From: Chlamydiota bacterium
GTDB lineage: Bacteria > Chlamydiota > Chlamydiia > Chlamydiales > SLFE01
Length of the DNA: 45,831 nt
Direction: 5' to 3'
Assembly (NCBI GenBank): GCA_011065065.1
Contig: JAAKFL010000002.1
Location: 1 to 45,831 of the forward strand
This document shows, piece by piece, positions 1-10,400 of this stretch. The notes below the pieces were generated by a model. That model was not told where the DNA came from. It was given only the letters and a program-made list of their open reading frames with translations, and made no database searches. The position numbers and the translations under genes are program-made. The first letter of the stretch is position 1, and every line of letters starts with the position of its first letter.

Positions 1-150
1 CTTCTTCCCATTGCCATGGTGTGGATTGGGAGGTATCACATGAAGTTAGAAGGGCGGCACCTGCTGTTTGGTGGGCGTGGCTTACTTTCGTTTTTATTGA
101 TCTTCACGATCTTTATCATGGCGCTTGAGTGCTGGCATCTAATAAGTTAA
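1..150 (+). CDS. 3' end of an unidentified CDS entering from the left edge (hydrophobic C-terminal tail)
   Basis: Frame 1 is open from base 1 to TAA at 148-150 (...GLLSFLLIFTIFIMALECWHLIS*). There is no start in the window and no recognisable motif. Confidence 0.2.
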   Translation, partial: LLPIAMVWIGRYHMKLEGRHLLFGGRGLLSFLLIFTIFIMALECWHLIS

Positions 151-1025
151 GGTCCACCAAAGACGGCATCTCTCAGAAAAGGTTCATAAAACAGCATGGT
201 ATCATCGAGTACGTCGTTGTAAATATTCTGGTAGTACTCTTTTTCTTTCTCCGTCCATGGCCTTTTATAGAGACGCTGCTGTCTTTCATGCTTCACGCTC
301 ATCAGAAAATCAATATCTCTTGTCCAATAATGATTTAAGATAATCGGAGGATATTCCTCCAACCCTTCGTTGTAATACGCAGTTTTGTAACTTGGGATCA
401 ATTCACAAATATGAACATCTCCTTTCAAAACTGCCTTCGGCTTCACAATGCATTTGGATTTATTCACTTTACCAGGAACAAATTCTTCTCGGTACAGAAG
501 GGTCTCAATCAACAGTTTATCACTGGGAATTTTTTCTACATTTGACGTCCCATAATACCGCCACATCACCACAATTTGACCATATTCTTCATGGTCCTCC
601 AGAAAATCGATAAGAGAATAATGCTCAAGGGGAACAAAAAATTCATCAATGTCGATAATCGCAAGCCATCGTGTCTCCGTTTTGGCCTTTTCAAGGGCAT
701 TATCAACAGCCACATACTGAGCGCCCACCCAACTGGAACTACGTGAAGAAGGCCAATCGATAAGATCTACCTCCCCTGAGTCAACGTAAGGTTGAAGGAC
801 TTCTAAATAATGATCCTCACTGCTGTTATTATAGAGATAAAAATGCTCGACGCCAATGAGCTTATGATATTCAATCCACTCCTTTAAATATGGAGCCTCC
901 TGATTAAACATGGCGGTGACGGAAATAAAATACTTATATTTATTTTTTCGTGGCTTTTCAAGAAATTGGGAAAAGACTTGAGTTGGAATTAACAAACATA
1001 AAACAATCAGAATCCACTTTCTCAT
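147..1025 (-). CDS. glycosyltransferase family 92 (DUF23) protein with N-terminal signal peptide or anchor, paralog 1
   Basis: 292-aa ORF with a hydrophobic N-terminus (MRKWILIVLCLLIPTQVFS). It has the GT92-type core EWIEYHKLIGVEHFYLYNN ... WLAIIDIDEFFVP (DxD). Its ATG overlaps the stop of the upstream paralog (ATGA at 1022-1025). Confidence 0.7.
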   Translation of the reverse strand: MRKWILIVLCLLIPTQVFSQFLEKPRKNKYKYFISVTAMFNQEAPYLKEWIEYHKLIGVEHFYLYNNSSEDHYLEVLQPYVDSGEVDLIDWPSSRSSSWVGAQYVAVDNALEKAKTETRWLAIIDIDEFFVPLEHYSLIDFLEDHEEYGQIVVMWRYYGTSNVEKIPSDKLLIETLLYREEFVPGKVNKSKCIVKPKAVLKGDVHICELIPSYKTAYYNEGLEEYPPIILNHYWTRDIDFLMSVKHERQQRLYKRPWTEKEKEYYQNIYNDVLDDTMLFYEPFLRDAVFGGP

Positions 1026-1906
1026 AATGACTCCTTAAATATCGTTTCTCGAAGAGCCGGGACAAAACGCATCATCGTCAGATCTTCAACTTGGTTATAA
1101 GCATTGACTCTATGTTCAAGCTCCTCTTCAGTCCATGGCTTTTGATGGAGCCGTTCTTGCCGTTCACGCTTCACATCTTCTAGAAATTCGATGTCACGTG
1201 TCCAGTAATGATGAATCAACAAAGGAGGATACTCTTCCTGTGCTTTCGCCAAATTCAAACACATTCCCCCTTCTCTGATTCCACAATCATGAACGTTGGG
1301 ATAGAGAACAGTTTGAGGCTTCACAATCGCTTTATGAAGCCAAATTTCACCTGGAACAAAAGAGGTTCTTCGGATCAGGGTCTCGACCATCAACTTGTCT
1401 TCAGGAATTCTTTCCACCCATGAAGTCCCAAAAAATCGCCACATAACAAGAATTTGATTATACTGATTCTCATTCTCAGCCAGAAAGTCAATGAGAGTGT
1501 TTTGGCTATTAGGAACGATAAACTCATCAATATCAATAATGGCTAACCATCGGCTTGATAATTTTGCACGGTCCACAGCGTCTTTGATCGCTTTTATTTG
1601 ATAGTGAGTCCAATCCCTTTTAGGATCAGAAGGCCACCAAAAATACTCCACCTCCCCCGACTCAATATAAGGCGCTAACACAGTTAAAAAATCATCGGTG
1701 CTGTTATTGTTGTAGAGATAAAAGTGCTCGACCCCAACTAACTTGTGGTATTCAATCCATTCTTTTAAAAAACGAGCCTCCTGCTGAAACATGGCACAGG
1801 CCGACAAGTAATACTTCTGTTTACAATGCTCTGGCCCATTTAAAAATTGAGCAGTCAGCTGTACGGGAAAAAATAGAATGATTAACAACAACAAATTCCG
1901 TCGCAT
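1022..1906 (-). CDS. glycosyltransferase family 92 (DUF23) protein with N-terminal signal peptide or anchor, paralog 2
   Basis: 294-aa ORF, colinear with the neighbouring ORF over its full length; roughly half of positions look identical by eye. It carries the same EWIEYHKLVGVEHFYLYNN and WLAIIDIDEFIVP motifs and a hydrophobic N-terminus (MRRNLLLLIILFFPVQLTA). Confidence 0.7.
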   Translation of the reverse strand: MRRNLLLLIILFFPVQLTAQFLNGPEHCKQKYYLSACAMFQQEARFLKEWIEYHKLVGVEHFYLYNNNSTDDFLTVLAPYIESGEVEYFWWPSDPKRDWTHYQIKAIKDAVDRAKLSSRWLAIIDIDEFIVPNSQNTLIDFLAENENQYNQILVMWRFFGTSWVERIPEDKLMVETLIRRTSFVPGEIWLHKAIVKPQTVLYPNVHDCGIREGGMCLNLAKAQEEYPPLLIHHYWTRDIEFLEDVKRERQERLHQKPWTEEELEHRVNAYNQVEDLTMMRFVPALRETIFKESL

Positions 1907-2081
1907 AACTCTTTATCCTTTTAGCAAAGGATTTTATAACATAATCATTGTTAAAGGTCTAAATGATTTTTTTTCATAGCCCTTCCCGGATGAATAATAA
2001 CAAAATTCGATACCGTTCTTTTCAAATAAAGAACAAAAGCTTACACTATGTATTTAGTGAAATAAACCGGAGCTCTTATTC

Positions 2082-2891
2082 ATGCGTCTAGTAATAGCCT
2101 TACTATTAACTCTTTTTTTAACGGGATGTCGTTGGGAAAGTGACACTTACTGCGATCCTAGTTTGAAAAATCTCCCAGCTCGTCCGGATGATGAAACCAT
2201 GTATTATCAGCATGAACTGTGTAAAGTGATCAATGAGTATGCGACTGAATTAGAGTGGTATCATCAGGTTTGGTTAGAACATTCCTATGCGAAAAGAGAT
2301 GATGATGGGCAGTTTATTGTTTGGGTGGACTTTACCTCCCAAGCTAATGAGGACATTCCTAATGCACGGAGACTATCAGTCAGAGTGATTGATGGTTTGA
2401 TTGACAAGTTGAATGAAAGTGAGATCCTTAGGAATGCCCAACCAGGACCTTTTACTTTTGAGCATATTTATTTTAGCTTGGAGTACAAAAGTTTTTACGG
2501 GAAGTATAATGATTCCCTGCTTGTGGGGCGATCTGAGTTAAAGTATGGTTATCTCAATGTATTTTATGCGCACGATGCCTTCCAAGTCGAGCCAATCGTT
2601 TACCACAAACATACCGAACCTTATGAGATCTCTAGGTGCATTGTGGCAACTCAAGACGAAACTCATAAGAGGTTAAAGCCGACTGGAGAAAGCATTTTTG
2701 ATCGTATGGTGAGTCCAGAAGACTGGATGTCTGGGGATCCGGAATATGTCCGAAAACCCCCTGAAGAGTTTAAATCCTATGAGTATGATTATCGCAGTAC
2801 TCTGTCAAATTATCCCAAATATGCGGAGACATTGCCATCTGGTGAAATCAAAACATCTGATGAGAAGTCGACGAGCTCCAATCGGAGATAA
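2082..2891 (+). CDS. predicted lipoprotein, function unknown
   Basis: 269-aa ORF with a lipobox-type signal MRLVIALLLTLFLTG|C. No recognisable catalytic motif. Confidence 0.55.
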   Translation: MRLVIALLLTLFLTGCRWESDTYCDPSLKNLPARPDDETMYYQHELCKVINEYATELEWYHQVWLEHSYAKRDDDGQFIVWVDFTSQANEDIPNARRLSVRVIDGLIDKLNESEILRNAQPGPFTFEHIYFSLEYKSFYGKYNDSLLVGRSELKYGYLNVFYAHDAFQVEPIVYHKHTEPYEISRCIVATQDETHKRLKPTGESIFDRMVSPEDWMSGDPEYVRKPPEEFKSYEYDYRSTLSNYPKYAETLPSGEIKTSDEKSTSSNRR

Positions 2892-2944
2892 AGTAGCCGC
2901 AGATGAACGCTGATGGCCGCATCTTTTGCTTGACGATAAAAAAA

Positions 2945-3033
2945 CAGGATTAACAGGATCGTAAACGACAGGATTAACAGGATCCTTCTCCTATATCCTG
3001 TTTATCCTGTCGTTTACGATCCTGTTAATCCTG
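2945..3033. repeat. ATCCT-unit palindromic hairpin element, copy A1; probable bidirectional terminator
   Basis: The left arm 2945-2983 (caggattaacaggatcgtaaacgacaggattaacaggat) pairs with 2995-3033 over 39 bp with 1 mismatch; the loop is 11 nt. An A-run lies upstream and a T-run downstream. It sits between convergent genes. Confidence 0.8.
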
Positions 3034-3103
3034 ATATTTTTACCAAAACATTTGAAATTAATAGATTGTCAATTAAAGCCTTTCGCACTCCAAGAAATTT
3101 TTA

Positions 3104-4603
3104 TTAATCCATCATTTCCCAAAAGGCAGAGGGTAAGGCTTCGATGATATCCGAAGCGACCATCGAATAAGGGGTCTTCTCCGTGGCCGCTATTTCACCT
3201 GCTAAACCATGCGTGAAGACTCCATATATCGCTGCATGATAAGGTGTTAGCCCCTGACTGATCAACGAAGCTATCAGTCCTGTCAAGACATCACCACTTC
3301 CCGCTGTGGCCATGCCAGGGGTTCCCGTCGGGTTCACCCAAGTAGGCTCACCAGGATGAAAGATCCAACTTGGTCCCCCCTTCAATATCAGTGTCACCTG
3401 CTTTTTTTCACAATAGTCACGACAGGCATCAAGAAAATCCGCAGTGATACTTTTTGGTGAAGGAACTCTTAATAGCCGTGCCATTTCTCCGCTATGCGGA
3501 GTCAACACGGTCTGCTTCGGCAACGCAATTTCATGCTCAGATAAAATGGTCAAAGCATCGGCATCAATCACACAAGGCGTTTCGATCCGTGGCAACACGT
3601 TTTTACATAAATTTACTGTAGCTTCAGTACGGCCAATTCCCGGCCCGAAAAATACCGCTTTCCCGTGATTGAGATTTTCTACAATACCATCATAATCATT
3701 CGTTTGATAAGGTAGCTTGATCAATTCGTAAGGACTTGACGAAAGCTCCGCTTCCATTCCCACAGGATGCAGCAAACGCATCATCCCTGCTCCGCCTCTA
3801 AGTGCTGCAAAAGAAGCCAATAGAGCCGCTCCCGGCATACTCGGAGACCCCGCAAGACCGATTACCACCCCTGCTTGATATTTGTGGCGATTGCGTGTGA
3901 TCGGAGGTCGCAGCTCTTCGCACTGTTCCAGTGTGATCAAACGATAACTCGACTTCGCTTGATCGATATACTTTTGTTCTAAACCAAAATTAACATGAGT
4001 TAAGTTGCCCACATGATTCCAACCACCTTCCAAAAAGAATCCTTGCTTGGGCAAACCAAGATAAATGGTTTCGGTAGCGTGCAACCCTTCCCCTTCTCCG
4101 GTTTCTCCATTCAATCCCGAAGGGATATCAATGGCAATCGTCGGAAGCTCCGATTCGTTCACCATTTTCACAACCGATTGATAAGGTTCGCGCAACTCTC
4201 CGTGAAATCCTGTTCCAAACATCCCATCCACAATGACATCACATTGGTCAAAAAGAACATCGTAATTAGGATCTTTGTCGATGATCATTCCACCCGATGC
4301 CTCAAAACGTTTGTGATTCTTTTGACAGAGAGGAGAACACTCGCTGATCGGAGCCAATTGCAGAGCGGCAACGTGATATCCCCAAGACTTAAGACAGGTC
4401 CCGGCCACATAAGCATCGCCACTATTATTGCCTTTGGCACAAAGAAGAAGAATCCGTTTTCCTAAACGGAGATCCTGACAAAACTGTAAAACCGCTTCTG
4501 CCACTCCTTGCCCCGCAGCTTCCATAAAAAGCTCCTCGCTCGCCCCTTCGCTATAAGCGACCGACTCGATTCGGGCCATTTCCTTCGGAGTGACAATTTT
4601 CAT
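3104..4603 (-). CDS. nnr: bifunctional NAD(P)H-hydrate repair enzyme (YjeF_N epimerase + ADP-dependent dehydratase)
   Basis: 499 aa. The N-terminal YjeF_N-like part contains LLLCAKGNNSGDAYVAG. The C-terminal carbohydrate-kinase-like part contains FGPGIG and ATAGSGDVLTGLIASL. There is a 4-nt overlap with gpsA. Confidence 0.85.
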   Translation of the reverse strand: MKIVTPKEMARIESVAYSEGASEELFMEAAGQGVAEAVLQFCQDLRLGKRILLLCAKGNNSGDAYVAGTCLKSWGYHVAALQLAPISECSPLCQKNHKRFEASGGMIIDKDPNYDVLFDQCDVIVDGMFGTGFHGELREPYQSVVKMVNESELPTIAIDIPSGLNGETGEGEGLHATETIYLGLPKQGFFLEGGWNHVGNLTHVNFGLEQKYIDQAKSSYRLITLEQCEELRPPITRNRHKYQAGVVIGLAGSPSMPGAALLASFAALRGGAGMMRLLHPVGMEAELSSSPYELIKLPYQTNDYDGIVENLNHGKAVFFGPGIGRTEATVNLCKNVLPRIETPCVIDADALTILSEHEIALPKQTVLTPHSGEMARLLRVPSPKSITADFLDACRDYCEKKQVTLILKGGPSWIFHPGEPTWVNPTGTPGMATAGSGDVLTGLIASLISQGLTPYHAAIYGVFTHGLAGEIAATEKTPYSMVASDIIEALPSAFWEMMD

Positions 4604-5604
4604 AAGTGTTCCTCTTTCACATCCCGCTGCATCAAATAGGTAATCGCATCTTCAAGCTTGAGCTCATTGTGCAAAACCTTATGCAACCCTTCCGTAATCG
4701 GCATCTGAACTTCAGTCTCCTGGCTCAACTTAAGAGCCGCCTGGCATGAATAATACCCCTCGACAATCGTTCCAATTTCCTTTTGGGCCTGCTCGACCGA
4801 TCTACCCTGAGCAATCAATTGCCCAAACCGAAAATTCCGGCTTAAGGGAGAACTGCAGGTCATACTCAAATCACCCATTCCTGCAAGTCCACTAAAGGTC
4901 TCTGGACGACATCCTTTCGCCACAGCCAACTTCCGGATCTCGTGCAAACCCCGGGTCATCAGCGCCGCTTTTGCACTACTTCCCATATTTAACGCATCGG
5001 CCATTCCACAGCAAATCGCAATGATGTTTTTCAAGGCTCCCGCCAGGGCAATTCCCTCAATATCGGAATTCGGATAAACCCGAAGTGTCTCAGTGGTAAA
5101 GACTTCACAAATCTGATTCATGAGATCAAAGTCAAAACTCGTCCCGACTATCGAAGTGGGAAGTCCATGAATGATTTCTTGAGCAAAACTTGGTCCACTG
5201 ATCATCCCCACAAAACGCTTGTAATCAGAACCTAAGACATCCACTACCACATCGGGGAGAGTCAATCCCGAATCAATTTCAATCCCCTTTGAGGTCAAAA
5301 CCAAGGGACGACGATCGGTAAGGTATTTTTTTAATTCTGTGAGAACGGGCCTTAACCCACCAGTGGTCACAGATTCCACAATCATATCGGAGTCCTTTAA
5401 GGCCTCTTCAAGAGATGTGGTGAAAGTGATGGACTCTGGAGCGATAAAATCGGGATAGATGGGGTGAATTCTCGTTTGTTTCAGTTGGGCGCAAAGATCT
5501 GCGTCAATTGTCCACGCCACTACCTGGTGGCCCTTTTTGGCCAATAATGTCGCTAAACAAAAACCCCAACTTCCTGTACCTAAATAGCTTATTTTCATAT
5601 ACAT
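4600..5604 (-). CDS. gpsA: NAD(P)H-dependent glycerol-3-phosphate dehydrogenase
   Basis: 334 aa with an N-terminal Rossmann motif (YLGTGSWGFCLATLLAKKGH) and the GALKNIIAI motif typical of GpsA. Confidence 0.88.
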   Translation of the reverse strand: MYMKISYLGTGSWGFCLATLLAKKGHQVVAWTIDADLCAQLKQTRIHPIYPDFIAPESITFTTSLEEALKDSDMIVESVTTGGLRPVLTELKKYLTDRRPLVLTSKGIEIDSGLTLPDVVVDVLGSDYKRFVGMISGPSFAQEIIHGLPTSIVGTSFDFDLMNQICEVFTTETLRVYPNSDIEGIALAGALKNIIAICCGMADALNMGSSAKAALMTRGLHEIRKLAVAKGCRPETFSGLAGMGDLSMTCSSPLSRNFRFGQLIAQGRSVEQAQKEIGTIVEGYYSCQAALKLSQETEVQMPITEGLHKVLHNELKLEDAITYLMQRDVKEEHL

Positions 5605-5666
5605 CGATTGGTTAATTTTGTCCCATTATAACAATTAGGGGTCTTTTGGGAAACATCTAAACTTGA

Positions 5667-5702
5667 GTGACTATTCACAACATGTACGTGGTGAATAGTC
5701 AC
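5667..5702. promoter_or_regulatory. perfect 12-bp inverted repeat (GTGACTATTCAC-N12-GTGAATAGTCAC) upstream of gpsA; operator or hairpin candidate
   Basis: The arms 5667-5678 and 5691-5702 are exact reverse complements. The site lies 63-98 nt upstream of the gpsA start codon and is followed on the + strand by TTTGATTTTT. Confidence 0.3.
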
Positions 5703-5738
5703 TTTGATTTTTAAATTTCAAAGAAAAATTATAATTAC

Positions 5739-5823
5739 ATCCTGTCCATCCTAACAATCCTTTTTATCCTGTTACCCTGTGCTAAAAAAAACAGGATATA
5801 AGGATAGTCATGATTAACAGGAT
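5739..5823. repeat. ATCCT-unit palindromic hairpin element, copy A2 (degenerate, inverted orientation)
   Basis: The left arm is atcctgtccatcctaacaatcctttttatcctgt. The loop contains gtgctaaaaaaa, which is the reverse complement of the TTTTTTAGCAC loop of copies A4 and A5. The right arm, acaggatataaggatagtcatgattaacaggat, pairs only partly. The element ends 4 nt from the recD stop codon. Confidence 0.6.
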
Positions 5824-5827
5824 CAGA

Positions 5828-7480
5828 TTATTTCCCAACTCCAGAATAACGAACGCTCCTCTTCTCGATTGTCGCCCGCAATGTATCATCCGATCCCCAA
5901 ATGTCCACCTGCTTCCGAGCTCGTGTCACCCCAGTATAAAAGACTTCGCGACCAAAAATCTCGGCCCCCTGTGGCATCAGAAGCGCAACGTGATCAAACT
6001 CGCTCCCCTGACTTTTATGCACTGACATACAATAAGCATACTCAAAATTCGGTAACAGAATACTCGGAATCTTTTTCAACCCTTTCTCGACATCCAAAAA
6101 TATCGCAGTGTCTCCGTTCACCAAGACACCTGTATCCCCATTAAACAACCCAAAACGTGAATCGTTTTTCGTAATCATTATGGGCCGTGCAAAATCATTC
6201 TTCAGATTCTCAAAAATCTTTTGATTGAGACTGTCAACTCCGAATAACCCTCGCCGCAATGGGCTCAAAAGACAAAACGATTCCAAATAAGCTTTAATAG
6301 ACTCATAAGAAAGATCTTTCAGTTTTGGCTGAAGCTCTGATGCATACAGAACAATGTCTTGTAATAACTGGGAAATTCTTTCGGAATTAAAAGAGAGCTT
6401 TGTCACTCCCCGATCTTGTGAATTAAGAAGAAATAGCGATTTGTCCACATCCCCTTCATAAATCGCTTCCGACAAGTCACGAATTCCCTGCAGTTCGACT
6501 CGAATGCAATGTGTGAGTTCTCCCACCTCTTCTAACAGTCCGATCATATCAGTAAATAACGACCCCGCCTCAACCGGAGGCAATTGGTGAGAATCACCCA
6601 GTAACACCAAACGAGCTCCGTTCTTCACACACGACAACAACTGTGACATCATATGCACATCAATCATAGAACATTCGTCAACAATGATCACATCCTCCGA
6701 AAGAGGTCGCCCCTGACGAACTCCAGGCCGGATTCCCAGCAACGAATGAAGGGTCTGCGCTCGAAGCGTTTGAAATCCTTCCAAAGAATCACAAACTCGT
6801 TGAAAACTCTTCTGCAAGTTGATCGCGGCTTTTCCAGTTGGAGCAGTCAAAATGAATCTAGCTTTACTTTTTTGGTCAGGAGTAAATGCATCCCACAATA
6901 CTTGAATGAGAACTCCTGCTGCATGGGTTTTGCCGGTTCCAGGGCCTCCAGATATCACAGAAAGCGAATTCCAACAGGCAATTTGAATCGCTTTAGCTTG
7001 TTCAGGGAGAAGTTTCAAATTTGTAATATCAGGTTCTGGAATGGTTAATGAAGGTTGATGTTCGATTAATCTTTCAAAATGATGAATAAATAGCTTTTCA
7101 CATTGGTAATATTTTGGAAGATAGTAACGATGCGCTTCATGCTTTACAGGGATGTCGGGAAGGTTTTTTACGGCATTCAGTAAATGAGCTTCGACATCAT
7201 CCTTCAAGTTGTTCCACAAGGAACAAGGTTTAGGAATCACTTGATCTTCAATAGACACACATAAATTTCCTTGTCTTGTGGCTTGAGACAAGTAACAAAG
7301 AAACAGATAAACGTTTTCATGAGAATTTTTCGGAGCCGTTTTAAATGCAAGTTCCAAGTCAACAGAATCGATAAAACCTTGTTCAAATAGTGATTTCAGG
7401 AGGGAATATTGAGACAGTAAATCTGATTGATCCCTTCCTTCATATGTGGATAAAAGTTTTTGCGCTATTCCATACATCAT
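5828..7480 (-). CDS. recD: exodeoxyribonuclease V alpha subunit (SF1 helicase)
   Basis: Walker A GGPGTGKTH, motif II IIVDECSMID, and the C-terminal SVHKSQGSEF motif. I placed the start at the ATG at 7480, which overlaps the recB stop (TGATG); the ORF track extends to a TTG at 7498. Confidence 0.85.
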   Translation of the reverse strand: MMYGIAQKLLSTYEGRDQSDLLSQYSLLKSLFEQGFIDSVDLELAFKTAPKNSHENVYLFLCYLSQATRQGNLCVSIEDQVIPKPCSLWNNLKDDVEAHLLNAVKNLPDIPVKHEAHRYYLPKYYQCEKLFIHHFERLIEHQPSLTIPEPDITNLKLLPEQAKAIQIACWNSLSVISGGPGTGKTHAAGVLIQVLWDAFTPDQKSKARFILTAPTGKAAINLQKSFQRVCDSLEGFQTLRAQTLHSLLGIRPGVRQGRPLSEDVIIVDECSMIDVHMMSQLLSCVKNGARLVLLGDSHQLPPVEAGSLFTDMIGLLEEVGELTHCIRVELQGIRDLSEAIYEGDVDKSLFLLNSQDRGVTKLSFNSERISQLLQDIVLYASELQPKLKDLSYESIKAYLESFCLLSPLRRGLFGVDSLNQKIFENLKNDFARPIMITKNDSRFGLFNGDTGVLVNGDTAIFLDVEKGLKKIPSILLPNFEYAYCMSVHKSQGSEFDHVALLMPQGAEIFGREVFYTGVTRARKQVDIWGSDDTLRATIEKRSVRYSGVGK

Positions 7481-10400
7481 CAGCTCCCCGGATAACAAAG
7501 TTGTAATTGCGCTCGTTCACGATCGATAAAACAGACCCCAGAATCATTATGAAAATTCATTCCTCGCAAGAAAAGGTAATAGGTTCCCCCAAAACATTCT
7601 TCAAACGATCGCGTTTCAAAAGGCTTCAGATAACGTTCCAGAGCCTGTTGGTAAATAGCTGCTTGAAAATAATAATCATGCTCCTTCATGGCCTGTTCTA
7701 GATTATCTGCATGATAATCATCGCAAGAAGACCCTAACCAATTACTCTTCCAGTCAACAATGTAGTAAAGACCAGAACATTCAAATACAAAATCAATGAC
7801 CCCTTTTAGAAGGTTATCTGAGGGATTATTGGGATAAAGAAATTCGATTTCATGAAAACGAGATTCAGAAGGAATTTCGGATAAACTCACACCATTGACA
7901 AAAGGTTTCTTCAACGTATTAAATATGATCTCTCCAATGACATCACTCCATTCATGAAAGAGGGAATTCTTTGTAAAAGGCTCTATTAATGCTTTCAAAT
8001 CTTTTGAATTGAATGATTGTTCTACTTTTTCGTAAGAAATCGTTTCCAAAATTAAGTGAATAAGAAGACCAATATCTCTTCCAGAGGGTATTGTGTGAGG
8101 GCTTTTATCGGGATTGTTAAAGTCATGCGGAGGATTCAAAAGAGAAGTCGATGTGAGTGACTTTGTTAACGAGGAAAACGATTTAATCACTTGTTGTGTT
8201 CCTGGTATCGTCACTTTTTCTGGACACTTCAGATCAATTTCCTGTGCAACAAACTTGTAAGGTGCAGGGGAGATCGATGTTGCTAATGAATAAGAAATAT
8301 TATGTTGATGACCTTCGCGATCGATCCAATCAACAAAATTTTCCCCATGATTAAAGTGTGAAAGAAAAAGTTCGATAGGCGATGATTCTCCCTCCATAAT
8401 CTCTCCAGAACCATTTTCTTCTATCGCAATAGGGACATAAAGACGATGCTTAGCACGCGTTAATGCGACATAAAGTTGTCGCATTTTTTCTGAATCGATT
8501 TCTTTTTGAAAGTTGCGATACAGATCACTTTCTGGATCAGTTATAGCCACCAAATGACCTTCAGAGTCATTCTGAACAGGAATGAAGTTATCTTTCTTCG
8601 GAGTTCTATTCATCAGACCCAAGGGAACTACAATATCAAACTCTAATCCTTTACTCATATGAATTGTCAAGATTTCTGCAGTTTCAGCATCGCGATTTTG
8701 ATGACATTTCAATCCCTCATCATCGTTAAACTCCATTGTCTCAAAATCATTCAAATACTGTTGACAGCGTATTAAGGAGCCGTTTTGTTGATACTGAAAT
8801 TCACTGATTAAATCACAAATTTGAACAAATTCATGAAAAAATTCTTCTGAATACTGAATCATAGACTCATAAAGTGTTCCTGAATCCTTCCATGTTGTTC
8901 GCAGTAATTGATCAATAAATTCTGCGAATCCTTTTTTTAATGCTTTCTCGCGTAAATGGCTCCACTTCTCACACACTCCCAACAAAACATCTTCCTCATC
9001 AAGCTGCTTTAACTGATGATGAGTCCATCGAAGCAAACTGCCTCCAAACAGTATTTTGAGTGCACTAATGTCTTTTGGATGATTTAACGCCTCTAAAAGT
9101 TCTTTTGTAGATTGAAAAGCAGGAGATTTCAATAAAATCTTTTGTTTTTGTTTACGAGTTGGAACAGAAAACCGCTCACAATAACGTGAGAAGTCTTCCG
9201 CTTGATATCGATCTCTTACTAATATTGCCCATTGAGAAAATGAAATATTGCATTCGTTTTTCATTCGAATCATTTCATTGACAATTGTGGAATAGAATAA
9301 TTCCTCCTGCAACGGCTTCGGAGGCCATTTTGAGCCACTTTTCTTCCCTTCTCCAATAATAAAGTGTATGGATCCTTTGTCATCATGAAATTCAATTTGG
9401 TTTGATTGTTTCCCTGAAAATACTTGTTTGCACGAAATACTTTTCATTAATTTCGGTAAGTGAAAAAATTCAGGGATTCTCTCTTTTGCAAACAAAGCAT
9501 TCATTGCATCCACAAGACGTGGTTCTGAACGGTAATTTGTATCTAAAGAATATAAATGATCTTCTCCTAATGATTCAGCTGCTGACATATAAGTATAGAT
9601 GTCAGCCTGTCGAAACGCATATATGGACTGCTTGGGATCTCCCACAAGATAAAGGTGAGATCTTTTTTCTGGATCTTTTAAAAACAATTGCCTGAATATT
9701 CCCCATTGAATGGGATCCGTATCCTGAAATTCATCAATAATTACAGCATTATATTGACCACGTATACGATTTGCAAAATTGGCTCCACAGGACCTTCTCA
9801 GCATCTTTTTTAACAAATCATCATACTGATATTTCTCTTCATGACTTAAATAATTTTCTAAAAGTTTCTGACAATCATGTGCCATTCTACCTAATATTAC
9901 ATAAGGATCACACGCTTCATTGATAATTGGATGCAAATTTTCCTGAACAAAATTTACTAATTCAGGATAATGCAAATTTTCAGGTAAAGCTGCTTTACAT
10001 TTCATGTTGTCAGGATGAAGAACTTTTGCATAGGTTAACCCCTCTGAGACTAGCTTTTCGAAGGCATTTTTTGTGAATTCTTGATCAAATAAAGAAGAAA
10101 AATATTTAATGTTCTGTAAAATATCTGGATTAATTTCTTTTTGACGGTTAGTGATTTTTTTAAACGATGGAGCCAACTGATAAAAATCTTCGAGTATTTT
10201 TTCTGATTGATATTTGTTTTGGATCAGCACAAATCTCTCTGAAAAATTTTTAAAAAGGGCTTCAAAACACTCTGTGGAGACGATTTTGAGTCCTCTCGAT
10301 AGCAAATTTAAAAGTGCATTTTCAACTCTTCGAATATCATTTCCGTATTTAGATAAAACAAATTTCAGTTGCACAGTGCTGTATGAGCCTTGATTTAACC

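Noticed and set aside
1847-1906. MRRNLLLL at the N-terminus of GT92 paralog 2 as a twin-arginine (Tat) signal, given the tatAC genes in the window
   Set aside because: It lacks the S/T-R-R-x-F-L-K context. The paralog has RK instead of RR, and the hydrophobic core looks like an ordinary Sec signal or anchor.
2900-2913. Exact 14-mer CAGATGAACGCTGA shared between 2900-2913 and 35991-36004, both at or just after stop codons, with similar GCAGAT-rich strings at 16831-16860 and 38506-38512
   Set aside because: In a 45.8-kb AT-biased window, searched on both strands, several chance 14-mer matches are expected. I therefore do not treat this as a repeat family without a genome-wide count. It is noted only as a weak hint.
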